The notes: a model not told the origin generated them from the letters alone. Counted from the stretch's first letter, positions 19,244 to 28,242 are shown. The stretch: 35,906 bases of DNA from an uncultured archaeon (GCA_964475145.1 CAYYVK010000003.1:1-35906); one strand, 5' to 3'. Numbers and translations: made by a program.

Positions 19244-21445
19244 ATGGTCAAAAAAGAGTTAGTAGAAAGGATACTTGAAGTAATGAGAGATCCTAGAAGA
19301 ATTAGAAATATTGCTACATCTAGTCATGTCCACCATGGGAAAACTTCCTTAACAGATAATCTAGCTGCCTTAGCTGGAATGATCTCAGAGAAAGTAGCAG
19401 CTGATGTTGAAACAGGAATGCTCACATGGATTGACGAACAAGAACGTAAGCGACAGTTAACAATTTATGGTGCGAACGTTTCAATGGTACACGAATTTGA
19501 AGGGGAAGACTATCTTATTAACCTTGTAGACACTCCTGGCCACGTGGATTTTGGTGGGGACGTTACTCGTGCAATGCGTGCAGTAGACGGAACTATTTGT
19601 CTAGTGTGTGCGGTAGAAGGAGTAATGCCTCAGACCGAAACAGTTTTTAGACAAGCACTCAGGGAACGTGTAAAGCCTGTTCTTTTCATTAATAAAGTTG
19701 ATAGATTGATAAAAGAACTTAAGCTTAGCCCAGAAGAAATGCAAAAAAGGTTTGAAGAAATTATTCATGAGGTAAATGGTTTAATTCAAAAGTATGCTGA
19801 GGATGAATACAAGAATAAGTGGATGGTTAATGTTGCTAATGGTTCTGTGGCCTTTGGTTCTGCAGTTAAGAAGTGGGCTATATCAGTTCCTTTCATGAAA
19901 AAAACTGGAATTACTTTTAAAGACATAATTGATATTACACTAGCTGGGAGGGAAGATGAACTGGCAAAAATTGCGCCACTTCATCAAGTAGTTCTAGATA
20001 TGATTGTTAAGCACTTACCAAGTCCATTAGAAGCTCAGAAGTATAGGTTGGGGAAAATCTGGAAAGGTAATTTAGATTCTGAAATCGGAAAACAAATGCT
20101 TTCTTGCGATATGAACGGGAAGCTTATGATGATTATAACAAAAGTTGTTCCTGATCCTCATGTCGGTTATGTGGCTACTGGAAGGATTTTTTCAGGTAAG
20201 ATTTACAAAGGGAAAGATGTGTATTTGATTGGTCAACACAAGCAAGAAAAAATACAACAAGTGGCTGTTTATAAAGGTGCAACTAGGATACCAGTAGATG
20301 AAGTTGTGGCTGGAAATATAGCTGGGATTGTTGGTATACCGGATGCATTCACAGGAGAAACTGTATGCGAACCAGGTATGGTAGTAGAACCTTTTGAAGA
20401 AATTAAACATTTGTTCGAGCCTGTTGTGACTAAATCTATAGAACCTAAAAATCCGATGGAACTTCCTAAGCTTATCGAAGCACTCAAAAAAATAGGGAGA
20501 GAAGACTCTGTTCTTCAAGTTAAAATAAATCAAGAAACTGGTGAATACCTTGTCTCTGGTTTAGGCGAATTACACTTAGAAGCTAAAGTAGAAAACAAAC
20601 TAAAAGAACTTGGGATAGATGTTGAGATGAGTAAGCCTATTGTAGTATATCGTGAAACTATCTTCAAGAAGTCTCCAGAAGTAGAAGGGAAATCACCCAA
20701 CAAGCACAACAAGCTTATATTTGTGGTAGAACCCCTTGAGGACGAAGTATACAAAGCTATGATTGAAGGTGAAATACCTAGCCAGCTTGAAATGAGAGGA
20801 AAACATTTAGAAATCATGAAGAAGATATCAGAACTTGGAATGCCATACGATGAAGCGAAAAATATACTAGTAATTCATAACAAGAATGTGCTCATAGACG
20901 TGACGAAAGGTATTCAGTACTTGAACGAGGTGATAGAAATGGTTAAGGATGCCTTTAAGGAAGTTTGTGAAGATGGACCATTAGCAAGAGAGCCGTGTAT
21001 AAAGATTAAAGCAAAGCTGGTGGATGCCGAACTTCATGAAGATCCTGTTCATAGAGGACCTGGTCAAATAATGCCAGCTGTAAGGTATGCCATTAGACAG
21101 GCTATGCTAAAAGCTGATGCAACCCTCCTTGAGCCTAAGCAAACAATAAGGATAGATTCACCTTCAGAGCTTGTTGGAAGCGTGATAAGAGAAGTGGAGA
21201 GTAGAAGAGGGCAAATACTAGACATGAAAGAAGAGAAAGGAGTCACTATAATCACTGCGAAAATGCCTGTAAGTGATATGTTTGGATTCGATGCTAGCCT
21301 TAAGTCGGCCACATCTGGACGTGGTTTTTACAGCTTGATAGAAACTAGCTTTGAAAAATTACCCACCGAACTAAGAGATGAAGTAATAAAATCTATAAGG
21401 AAGAGAAAAGGATTGCCTGAAGATATACCTCAACCAGAAGTGTAA
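19244..21445 (+). CDS. fusA: Elongation factor 2 (aEF-2)
   Basis: IRNI, DTPGHVDF, NKVD, GELHLE, KSPNKHN, diphthamide loop HEDPVHRGPGQ. Confidence 0.97.
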   Translation: MVKKELVERILEVMRDPRRIRNIATSSHVHHGKTSLTDNLAALAGMISEKVAADVETGMLTWIDEQERKRQLTIYGANVSMVHEFEGEDYLINLVDTPGHVDFGGDVTRAMRAVDGTICLVCAVEGVMPQTETVFRQALRERVKPVLFINKVDRLIKELKLSPEEMQKRFEEIIHEVNGLIQKYAEDEYKNKWMVNVANGSVAFGSAVKKWAISVPFMKKTGITFKDIIDITLAGREDELAKIAPLHQVVLDMIVKHLPSPLEAQKYRLGKIWKGNLDSEIGKQMLSCDMNGKLMMIITKVVPDPHVGYVATGRIFSGKIYKGKDVYLIGQHKQEKIQQVAVYKGATRIPVDEVVAGNIAGIVGIPDAFTGETVCEPGMVVEPFEEIKHLFEPVVTKSIEPKNPMELPKLIEALKKIGREDSVLQVKINQETGEYLVSGLGELHLEAKVENKLKELGIDVEMSKPIVVYRETIFKKSPEVEGKSPNKHNKLIFVVEPLEDEVYKAMIEGEIPSQLEMRGKHLEIMKKISELGMPYDEAKNILVIHNKNVLIDVTKGIQYLNEVIEMVKDAFKEVCEDGPLAREPCIKIKAKLVDAELHEDPVHRGPGQIMPAVRYAIRQAMLKADATLLEPKQTIRIDSPSELVGSVIREVESRRGQILDMKEEKGVTIITAKMPVSDMFGFDASLKSATSGRGFYSLIETSFEKLPTELRDEVIKSIRKRKGLPEDIPQPEV

Positions 21446-21493
21446 AATATTTAAATATGGAATATAATTAAAGATATACCAAAAGGTGATTGT

Positions 21494-22768
21494 TTGCCTG
21501 CAAAGCCGCATTTGAATATAATAACAGCTGGACACGTAGATCATGGTAAGTCCACTTTGGTCGGTAGGCTACTCTTCGAATCTGGTGCTATCAGAGAAGA
21601 AGAACTAAAAAAGTTACAAGCTCTCGCACAGGAATTTAAGATCGAGGGTGCAGAATTTGCTTACATAATGGACAAAGAAAAAGAAGAGAGAGTTCGTGGA
21701 ATGACGATAGATATTATGCATAAGCCTTTTGAAACTAACAAATATTTCTTCACCATCATAGACTGTCCTGGACACAGAGACTTTGTTAAAAACATGATAA
21801 CCGGGGCCTCACAGGCTGATGGTGCTATTTTAGTGATTTCTGCTAGACCTGGTGAGGGTATTCAAGAACAAACAAAAGAGCATACCTTCCTGATAAAAGT
21901 TTTAGGTATAAACCAACTTATTGTAGTAATAACAAAAATGGACTTAGCAAACTGGAGCAAAGACGTTTATGAAAAATTGAAAAATGATGCTATTGCCTTG
22001 CTTAAACCTTTAGGTTTTGATGTGAATAAAATACCATTTATTCCTATATCTGGTCAACTTGGCGACAATCTTTTTAAGAAATCAGATAAAATGCCCTGGT
22101 ATACAGGACCGACTCTAATCGAAGCTTTAGACATGTTCCAAGTGCCCCCAAGACCTGTAGATAAACCTTTAAGATTGCCTGTTCAAGACGTTTATAGCAT
22201 AACAGGTGTAGGTACCGTACCTGTTGGTAAGGTTGAAACAGGTATACTAAGAGAAGGTGATAAAATAATATTCGAACCTTCTGGAGTAACAGGTGAGGTA
22301 AAGTCTATAGAAATACATCACCAAAGAATACCAGAAGCTAGACCCGGTGATAACGTGGGTTTCAACGTTCGTGGAGTTGCAAAAGAGCAGATCAAAAGAG
22401 GTGACGTTGTTGGACATCCAGACAACCCACCCACAGTAGCTAAAGAGTTTACCGCACAAATAATCGTTTTGCAACACCCGACTGTAATTACAGCTGGATA
22501 TACCCCTGTTTTCCACTGTCACACTGCAACTCAAGCTTGCACAATTGAAGAGATAATAGCGAAGATTGACCCAAGAACCGGACAAGTCATTCAAGAAAAG
22601 CCTGATTTTATAAAGACTGGTGATGCAGCTAGAGTTAGAGTAAGGCCATTAAGACCATTTGTTATAGAGAAGCAATCAGATTTTCCTGAATTAGCAAGAT
22701 TCGCCATAAGAGATATGGGAATTACAGTTGCAGCTGGAGTTTGTTTAGATGTAGTTAAAGCTAAGTGA
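21494..22768 (+). CDS. tuf: Elongation factor 1-alpha (TTG start)
   Basis: [34 protein letters not shown]; SD AGGTGAT. Confidence 0.97.
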   Translation: MPAKPHLNIITAGHVDHGKSTLVGRLLFESGAIREEELKKLQALAQEFKIEGAEFAYIMDKEKEERVRGMTIDIMHKPFETNKYFFTIIDCPGHRDFVKNMITGASQADGAILVISARPGEGIQEQTKEHTFLIKVLGINQLIVVITKMDLANWSKDVYEKLKNDAIALLKPLGFDVNKIPFIPISGQLGDNLFKKSDKMPWYTGPTLIEALDMFQVPPRPVDKPLRLPVQDVYSITGVGTVPVGKVETGILREGDKIIFEPSGVTGEVKSIEIHHQRIPEARPGDNVGFNVRGVAKEQIKRGDVVGHPDNPPTVAKEFTAQIIVLQHPTVITAGYTPVFHCHTATQACTIEEIIAKIDPRTGQVIQEKPDFIKTGDAARVRVRPLRPFVIEKQSDFPELARFAIRDMGITVAAGVCLDVVKAK

Positions 22769-22968
22769 ACCACTTTTACATAAACCTGATGCTGTTAGTT
22801 GGCCTAGTTTACAAGTTTTAAAGAATTATTTCTAAACATCTACCCAAGGACAATCGAAATTTTCGAGTCAGAACCTTTGAAAAACTCGTTTATGTCTAGA
22901 AAGCTCTGAGGTGAGAAAGATTTTCCAATAGAAAAGGATTTAAATAAGCATTAACTAAGGTTGTTAAT

Positions 22969-23289
22969 ATGCAATTAGCAAAGATAAAACTAAGCGGGAA
23001 GGACCCTGCACAACTAGATAGGATATGTGCTGAAATAAAAGAGATAGCAAAAAAGTTTGGTGTAGATTATAGAGGACCTATACCATTACCAACAAAAATA
23101 CTCAGAGTAACTACGCTCAAAACACCATGTGGTGACGGCACTGGCCATGGCAATGCAACTTATGATAAGTGGGAGATGAGAATACATAAAAGGTTGATGG
23201 AAGTTCAAGCCGACGATAGAACGTTAAGACAAATTATGAGAATAAATGTTCCCCAAGATGTTCACATAGAAATCAAATTACAAAGCTAA
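22969..23289 (+). CDS. rps10: 30S ribosomal protein S10 (uS10)
   Basis: GPIPLPTK, KTPCGDG, WEMRIHKRL. Confidence 0.96.
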   Translation: MQLAKIKLSGKDPAQLDRICAEIKEIAKKFGVDYRGPIPLPTKILRVTTLKTPCGDGTGHGNATYDKWEMRIHKRLMEVQADDRTLRQIMRINVPQDVHIEIKLQS

Positions 23290-23318
23290 TTTATTCTCTG
23301 ATTACAATACTATTTTTA

Positions 23319-23885
23319 ATGTCTCTTACAATTATCATTTCTGGTCCTGCCGGAAGCGGTAAAAACACGCTCGCCAAAAGATTAGCAAAAAGGTACAAAT
23401 TAAAACTTTATACTGGTAGCGACTTCTTTAAGAAAGTAGCAAAAAAATATGGTTTCAATTTTCGAAAAAACTTTTGGGATAGCGAAGAAGGTATGAAATT
23501 CTTAGAGTTAAGGAGTAGAGACCACTCTATAGATAGAGAGGTGGATAACCTTCTTTTAGAGATTGTAAAAAAAGGGAACGTAGTTATCACATCATGGACC
23601 TTGCCCTACTTGGGCACTCCTGGAATTAAAATATTTATAACAGCCAGTCCAGAAGAGAGGGCCATAAGAATAGCTAGAAGAGATAGAATAGAATTTAAAG
23701 AAGCTCTAGAAGTAGTAAAAAGAAGGGATGAAGAAAACTTGAACCTTTACAAGAAAATATACGGTTTTAATTTTGGCAAGGATTTGAGTGTATTCGATAT
23801 AGTCCTAGACACTACTGATATGGAAATAAGGGATGTTGAAAAAGAAGTTGTTAGGCGTATAGAATCTCTTAGAAATGCTAAATAA
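23319..23885 (+). CDS. cmk: Cytidylate kinase, archaeal type
   Basis: P-loop ISGPAGSGKNT, IDREVD, ERAIRIARRD, YKKIYG, DLSVFDIVLDT. Confidence 0.88.
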   Translation: MSLTIIISGPAGSGKNTLAKRLAKRYKLKLYTGSDFFKKVAKKYGFNFRKNFWDSEEGMKFLELRSRDHSIDREVDNLLLEIVKKGNVVITSWTLPYLGTPGIKIFITASPEERAIRIARRDRIEFKEALEVVKRRDEENLNLYKKIYGFNFGKDLSVFDIVLDTTDMEIRDVEKEVVRRIESLRNAK

Positions 23886-23950
23886 TTTCTTTTGAAATAT
23901 ATTTTTGATTTCAGATTTGAATTTAAAAAAGATGTTTTATAAAGAATCTC

Positions 23951-24094
23951 GTGCCTTTATCAAACTCTAAAATCAAATGCCCAAGATGTAAAGCCAAAAT
24001 TCTGAAGCAGATCCTCAAAAAAACTGGTGGAAAATGTAACAACTGTGGGTATTTGATAGCAAATTCTGTTGAAAAGTTTTTAAAAAAGACCTAA
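23951..24094 (+). CDS. 47-aa Cys4 zinc-ribbon microprotein
   Basis: GTG start; MPLSNSKIKCPRCKAKILKQILKKTGGKCNNCGYLIANSVEKFLKKT*; TTTAAA ~24-29 nt upstream. Confidence 0.65.
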   Translation: MPLSNSKIKCPRCKAKILKQILKKTGGKCNNCGYLIANSVEKFLKKT

Positions 24095-24195
24095 AATTTT
24101 TTACGACACTTTTTACAAAGATATAAAGACTTATATTTGAAAAGCTTTCCAACTTTCTTAACAGACTGGCCACAACCGTCACATTTAGTATGCAC
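24091..24195 (-). CDS. 34-aa Cys4 zinc-finger microprotein
   Basis: GTG start; MHTKCDGCGQSVKKVGKLFKYKSLYLCKKCRKKF*; TTTAAA ~22-27 nt upstream on the minus strand. Confidence 0.65.
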   Translation of the reverse strand: MHTKCDGCGQSVKKVGKLFKYKSLYLCKKCRKKF

Positions 24196-24225
24196 AAATA
24201 TTTTTTGGATTTTAAGTTTAAATTT

Positions 24226-25083
24226 TTATTCTACAAGAATTGTAGTTTCTGCAACAGCGACTGGTCTGCCTGTTTCTTCTTTCAAAGGTGGATAAGCCAC
24301 TATAGCATTTGCCTCTAAAAGTTCTCTAATGGCCATTTCCATCTTTATCTTTGGTACGTTTTTTATCCACCTTGGAGTGAAAGGTAAACCTTCAAACTCA
24401 GTTTTAGCCAGTTCTAGTATTTTTCTCGCTTCCCATAATCTTACTGGTTTATCCTGCTCAAACCTATATATACAAGGAGGTTCTGACTCTTTCACAAGCC
24501 CTGAACCATCTGTAACAAAAACTTCTATGGCTATTGCTTGATCACGAATTTCGTCTTGAATGTTATTTTTAACATTTGGTATAGAGGGTTGTGCATGGAC
24601 CGTATACCTATCCAAACCATGGCCTGTTAAGTTTCTAATAACCTTAAATCCGAATGATGTTACAGTATCTTCAATTACTTCTGATAACTCACAAACTTTT
24701 ACGCCCTTCCTTACCAAAATTACTGCTTTTTCTAATGCTTTCTCCGACGCTTCTATCAGTGGATTTTTATCATCACCTACACATACAGTAAATGCTTGAT
24801 CCCATATGTAGCCATTCACTTGTACACCAAAATCTATTTTCACCAAATCACCATCCTTAAGAATTAAGGAAGTATCAGTAGGAGAGTAGTGTGCAGCTAT
24901 TTCATTAACACATACGTTTACAGGCCAGGCAGGTTTTCCCTTTTTATCAATTATTAACTTCTCTATAGTTTCTGCAACACTCAATGCCGTAACATTCTCA
25001 AACTTAATACTTTTAGCATATTTCAGTACTTCGTCAGAAATACTCTTAGCTTTCTTATAACATTCTTTTGCTTCCTCTTCCAT
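24226..25083 (-). CDS. map: Methionine aminopeptidase type II
   Basis: AWPVNV, AAHYSP, KIDFGV, DQAFT, NLTGHGL, AIEVF, helical insert. Confidence 0.95.
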   Translation of the reverse strand: MEEEAKECYKKAKSISDEVLKYAKSIKFENVTALSVAETIEKLIIDKKGKPAWPVNVCVNEIAAHYSPTDTSLILKDGDLVKIDFGVQVNGYIWDQAFTVCVGDDKNPLIEASEKALEKAVILVRKGVKVCELSEVIEDTVTSFGFKVIRNLTGHGLDRYTVHAQPSIPNVKNNIQDEIRDQAIAIEVFVTDGSGLVKESEPPCIYRFEQDKPVRLWEARKILELAKTEFEGLPFTPRWIKNVPKIKMEMAIRELLEANAIVAYPPLKEETGRPVAVAETTILVE

Positions 25084-25116
25084 GGATATAAATTAACTTC
25101 TTACACAAATTAATAT

Positions 25117-25683
25117 ATGATAAAAAGCCTTACACTGTATTTCATCTTGTTCATGACTTTAATTTTTATTATTCAAAACATGGTAGACTTGGACGATTTT
25201 GCATTTGTTCCAGCATTACTCCTAAAAAGACCTTGGACGCTCTTTACTTCTATTTTCTTACATGCTGATATAAGCCATCTACTTTTTAATATGTTTGCTC
25301 TCTTCATCTTCGGGAGTTATTTAGAAAGAATAATCCCTCAAAAAGATTTTCTTATGTTATTTCTTCTTTCTGGGATAATAGGCAACATAGGATATATGGT
25401 AACAACCTTTGATCCGAGTATTCCAGCAGTAGGAGCTTCTGGTGGTATCTATGGTATCATTGGAGGGCTTGCAACTATAAGACCCTTTGCTATTGTTTAT
25501 ATAAACTTTGTGCCTCTTCCGATGATACTTGCTGCAACATTCTGGGGTATTTCTGAATTTTTAGGGCTTTTTACACCTTCTTATATTGCACGAGGGGCAC
25601 ACCTATTTGGTTTATTGTCCGGCATTATCTACGCACTTGGTATAAGAAGGCTTTTAAATTATAAAAAGCATAGTTTTTTCTAG
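25117..25683 (+). CDS. Rhomboid-family intramembrane serine protease
   Basis: PWTLFTSIFLH...HLLFNM, GASG catalytic Ser, AHLFG catalytic His, multiple TM segments. Confidence 0.93.
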   Translation: MIKSLTLYFILFMTLIFIIQNMVDLDDFAFVPALLLKRPWTLFTSIFLHADISHLLFNMFALFIFGSYLERIIPQKDFLMLFLLSGIIGNIGYMVTTFDPSIPAVGASGGIYGIIGGLATIRPFAIVYINFVPLPMILAATFWGISEFLGLFTPSYIARGAHLFGLLSGIIYALGIRRLLNYKKHSFF

Positions 25684-25718
25684 TCACTTTGCACGGGGTC
25701 GTGCTAGATGGTGAGTGA

Positions 25719-25988
25719 ATGCAGAAAAATACTTTAAAAAACATAATTAAAATAGTTAAATGCTTAGAAGAGTCAAAAAATGACTGGATTTGGCTAACAG
25801 CTATAGCAAAACGCGTAAAATTGCATAGAACTACTGTTTCTCGCCTTATCAACAAGCACTTAACACTTTTTATTGAACAAACCACACTAGAGCCTTTCAA
25901 CATAAAAATGATAAAACTTAAGCCAGATTCTAACCTTCAGTCAATCCTAAAATTTTTACTAATAAAAGAGAAAGTCAAGAAAAGTTAG
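25719..25988 (+). CDS. Small HTH DNA-binding protein
   Basis: IWLTAIAKRVKLHRTTVSRLINKHL; SD GGTGAG upstream of ATG. Confidence 0.75.
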   Translation: MQKNTLKNIIKIVKCLEESKNDWIWLTAIAKRVKLHRTTVSRLINKHLTLFIEQTTLEPFNIKMIKLKPDSNLQSILKFLLIKEKVKKS

Positions 25989-26700
25989 AACTTGAGGGAG
26001 TTTGAGAGCTTTCAATCGCTTCAAAGCGATTTGAATCGGTTTTTCCTGTATATCTAACCCATCCTTTGTTATACTTTTCGAATCGCTCAATTTCAGTAGT
26101 CCTCTTGAGCATATTTGATAGCAATCCGCGAAGAGCTGAAATGCTTATTCCAAGCTTAGACGCCAATTCTTCATAGCTTATTTCCTTAGCCCCCTTAACT
26201 ATCTCTAATAGTTCTTTCATTTTATTTGTTAATGGTAATTGTGCTTCAATTTTTTCTATTTTTCCTGTCAGTTCCGATCTTATAGGTTCAGGAGTCTTTT
26301 TTACTATGTTTTTAAGGTCAACAAGTATATTTTGAATTATTTCAAATCTTTTTTGATCATTTTCTTCATGAATTTTAACTAAATTAATAAATTCTGATAT
26401 TTTTTCATCAAATTTATGATCAAACCAGTCTTTTGTTAATATTTGAGATTCAATTCTATCTAAAGAAGATTCAATCCTTTTAATAAAATGCGCTGTATAG
26501 CCAGCTGCAACACCTAATTGTAAAGAATCTTTCTGAAGTTCCAACCTAGCTTGAGGCTGAAGTTCTTCTTCGCTTTGAAGCGCTTCAAAGCGATTTAAAT
26601 CTATACTTGAAGCGCTTTGAAGCGATGTTGCATCGCTTTGAAGCGCTTCCTTCTTGCCTCTTACTCTTAATATTTGTTTAATTTTGTCCCAAAAACCCAC
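25975..26700 (-). CDS. Uncharacterised protein: N-terminal amphipathic helix, coiled coil, C-terminal winged helix
   Basis: MGFWDKIKQIL (GTG 26700; TTG 26709 possible), helical core, LTNKMKELLEIV...ISYEELASKLGISISALRGLLSNM...GWVRY. Confidence 0.75.
   Translation of the reverse strand: MGFWDKIKQILRVRGKKEALQSDATSLQSASSIDLNRFEALQSEEELQPQARLELQKDSLQLGVAAGYTAHFIKRIESSLDRIESQILTKDWFDHKFDEKISEFINLVKIHEENDQKRFEIIQNILVDLKNIVKKTPEPIRSELTGKIEKIEAQLPLTNKMKELLEIVKGAKEISYEELASKLGISISALRGLLSNMLKRTTEIERFEKYNKGWVRYTGKTDSNRFEAIESSQTPSSSNFS
26007..26038. repeat. Three tandem 10-bp palindromic units (array A)
   Basis: AG-CTTTCAATCG-CTTCAAAGCG-ATTTGAATCG; contains AATCGCTT-CA-AAGCGATT at 26014-26031. Confidence 0.85.
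26571..26648. repeat. About seven tandem ~10-bp palindromic units (array B)
   Basis: CGCTTTGAAG CGCTTCAAAG CGATTTAAAT CTATACTTGAAG CGCTTTGAAG CGATGTTGCAT CGCTTTGAAG CGCTT; CG at 26571, 26581, 26591, 26613, 26623, 26634, 26644. Confidence 0.9.
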
Positions 26701-26984
26701 ACCAATCAATTATTCTTTAAATTCTCACTTTATAAAGTTTTTCTTGAACACTCACTTTCTAACATTTGTTATTGTTTAAGAGTTATCGTTATTTAGTCGC
26801 ACGAAACTCTCACTTTACTAAGGAACAGACGAGTTCGCTTGTCCCCCCAACCAATACACTCTAAAATATATGTCTCATCACATATTTCAACCAACTTCAC
26901 GTTTTTCTTGATTATTATATACGGTAAAATATATATAAAAGAATAGAAAAATATTTATTAAATTAGTATAATTGTACCAAAAAT

Positions 26985-27197
26985 ATGGAAAAATTTTTAA
27001 TAGCATTTGATATACCGGCCAATGAGCGTCTTTTCAGGAAAAAAATAAACCAACTTCTAAAGAAAATTGGTGCAAAAATGGTTCAAAAGTCACTTTGGGA
27101 ATCAGAGGATCTTCCTAAGTTGTTAAGGATTGCTATATTAATCAAAAATATTGGTGGTATTGCTTACGTTTACCAAGGTAAAGTTCTGTTTTCATGA
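26985..27197 (+). CDS. Stand-alone Cas2/VapD/PaaX-central-domain-like small protein
   Basis: FLIAFDIP...RKKINQLLKKIGAKMVQKSLW matches the Cas2-fold pattern hhh(Y/F)DI...R...L...G...Q.SVW. Confidence 0.7.
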   Translation: MEKFLIAFDIPANERLFRKKINQLLKKIGAKMVQKSLWESEDLPKLLRIAILIKNIGGIAYVYQGKVLFS

Positions 27198-27259
27198 TTT
27201 ATTCTCACCAAACTATATTTTCCAGAGCATATAATTATGAAAAGAGAGAGCTCAAAATT

Positions 27260-27289
27260 ACTTAGAGATAATCAATTTTATCTATAAGT
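27260..27289. other. dif-like Xer recombination site 1
   Basis: ACTTAGAGATAA-TCAATT-TTATCTATAAGT: 12-bp inverted arms (1 mismatch), 6-bp spacer, ATAA-N6-TTAT core. Confidence 0.8.
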
Positions 27290-27310
27290 TAATAAGAAAA
27301 CTTTATCTTT

Positions 27311-27340
27311 ACTTAGAGATAATAAATATTATGAGTTATG
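27311..27340. other. dif-like site 2 overlapping the recombinase start codon
   Basis: ACTTAGAGATAA-TAAATA-TTATGAGTTATG; left arm identical to site 1, right arm degenerate. Confidence 0.6.
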
Positions 27341-28242
27341 AACTAACAAACTTCAATAGTGTAAACAAGATGCTAGGTGAATTAAAACTCTTAACAAGAA
27401 GTAAAAACACAGAACTTACTTACCTAAAAAGTTTAAAAAGCTTCTTCAACCAAATAGGAGTTTCAGACCCTGATGCGTTAATAGAAAAAATAAAGAATAA
27501 AGAGATTGATGCAAACGAAATTTATAAGCAGTATGTTGTTAGCTTAGCTTCTCGAAACATTGCTCCAAAATCTGTGGCAGCATGGGCAGCTGGTGTTAAA
27601 AAATTCTTTTCAGCGAATGGGATTGAGGTAAAACCTATACCCATAAAGGTATATCCTCTTCATGAAGATACCCTACCAACAAAAGAAGATCTAAAAAAAG
27701 TATTAGAGAGTTCTTCTTTAAAAGCTCGTTTATGTATTCTAATCTTGTTGTCCTCAGGTTTAAGAGTAGGAGAATTGCATCAACTTAAAGTTGGTGACAT
27801 AGAGTTAGATAGAGACCCTCCTGTGATAAGGGTAAGAGGAATTAGCGCCAAGGAAAGAAAAAGTAGGATAACATTCATTTCGCCACAAGCCAAGGAGGTT
27901 TTGAAAGAATACTTAGAAAAGAGAAAATTAAGCGAAAAGCTAACACCTGACTCACCTTTACTCGTCACAGATGATGGAGAGCCTATGTCCTACCAGAATC
28001 TACAGTACATTCTAAACAACGCTTTCAAAAAAGTTGCAAAAAAGGTTGGGAAACGTTATTCCTTACATCCACACTCTCTTAGAAAATGGTTCAAAACTCA
28101 ATTGATATCGGCCGGTACTCCTGGCCCGATAGTCGATAGGTTAGTAGGGCATTCTAGATATTTAGCTAGGGAGTACGAGCTTTATACAGAAGAGCAACTT
28201 AGAGAATGGTATATAAAAAGTATGGATGTCTTGAGGATTTAA
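27331..28242 (+). CDS. Tyrosine recombinase, XerA-like
   Basis: SSGLRVGE (R), AKERK (K), HPHSLRK (H-x-x-R), LVGH, REYELY (Y); N-terminal core-binding domain; 303 aa. Confidence 0.92.
   Translation: MSYELTNFNSVNKMLGELKLLTRSKNTELTYLKSLKSFFNQIGVSDPDALIEKIKNKEIDANEIYKQYVVSLASRNIAPKSVAAWAAGVKKFFSANGIEVKPIPIKVYPLHEDTLPTKEDLKKVLESSSLKARLCILILLSSGLRVGELHQLKVGDIELDRDPPVIRVRGISAKERKSRITFISPQAKEVLKEYLEKRKLSEKLTPDSPLLVTDDGEPMSYQNLQYILNNAFKKVAKKVGKRYSLHPHSLRKWFKTQLISAGTPGPIVDRLVGHSRYLAREYELYTEEQLREWYIKSMDVLRI

Noticed and set aside
24015-24197. 60-aa minus-strand ORF from the track
   Set aside because: No motif; it overlaps two better-supported Cys4 micro-ORFs in other frames.
26820-26985. Replication origin (C/G run plus AT-rich tract)
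   Set aside because: No recognisable ORB consensus repeats and no orc1/cdc6 gene nearby.
26007-27197. Repeats plus the Cas2-like gene (and distant Cas4) as a CRISPR-Cas system
   Set aside because: The repeats are contiguous 10-bp units with no spacers, there is no cas1 or effector gene, and Cas4 is 4 kb away in another operon.
27331-28242. Recombinase as a provirus/plasmid integrase
   Set aside because: No adjacent tRNA, att duplication or replication/structural genes. Size and adjacent dif-like sites fit Xer better, although a small element is not fully excluded.
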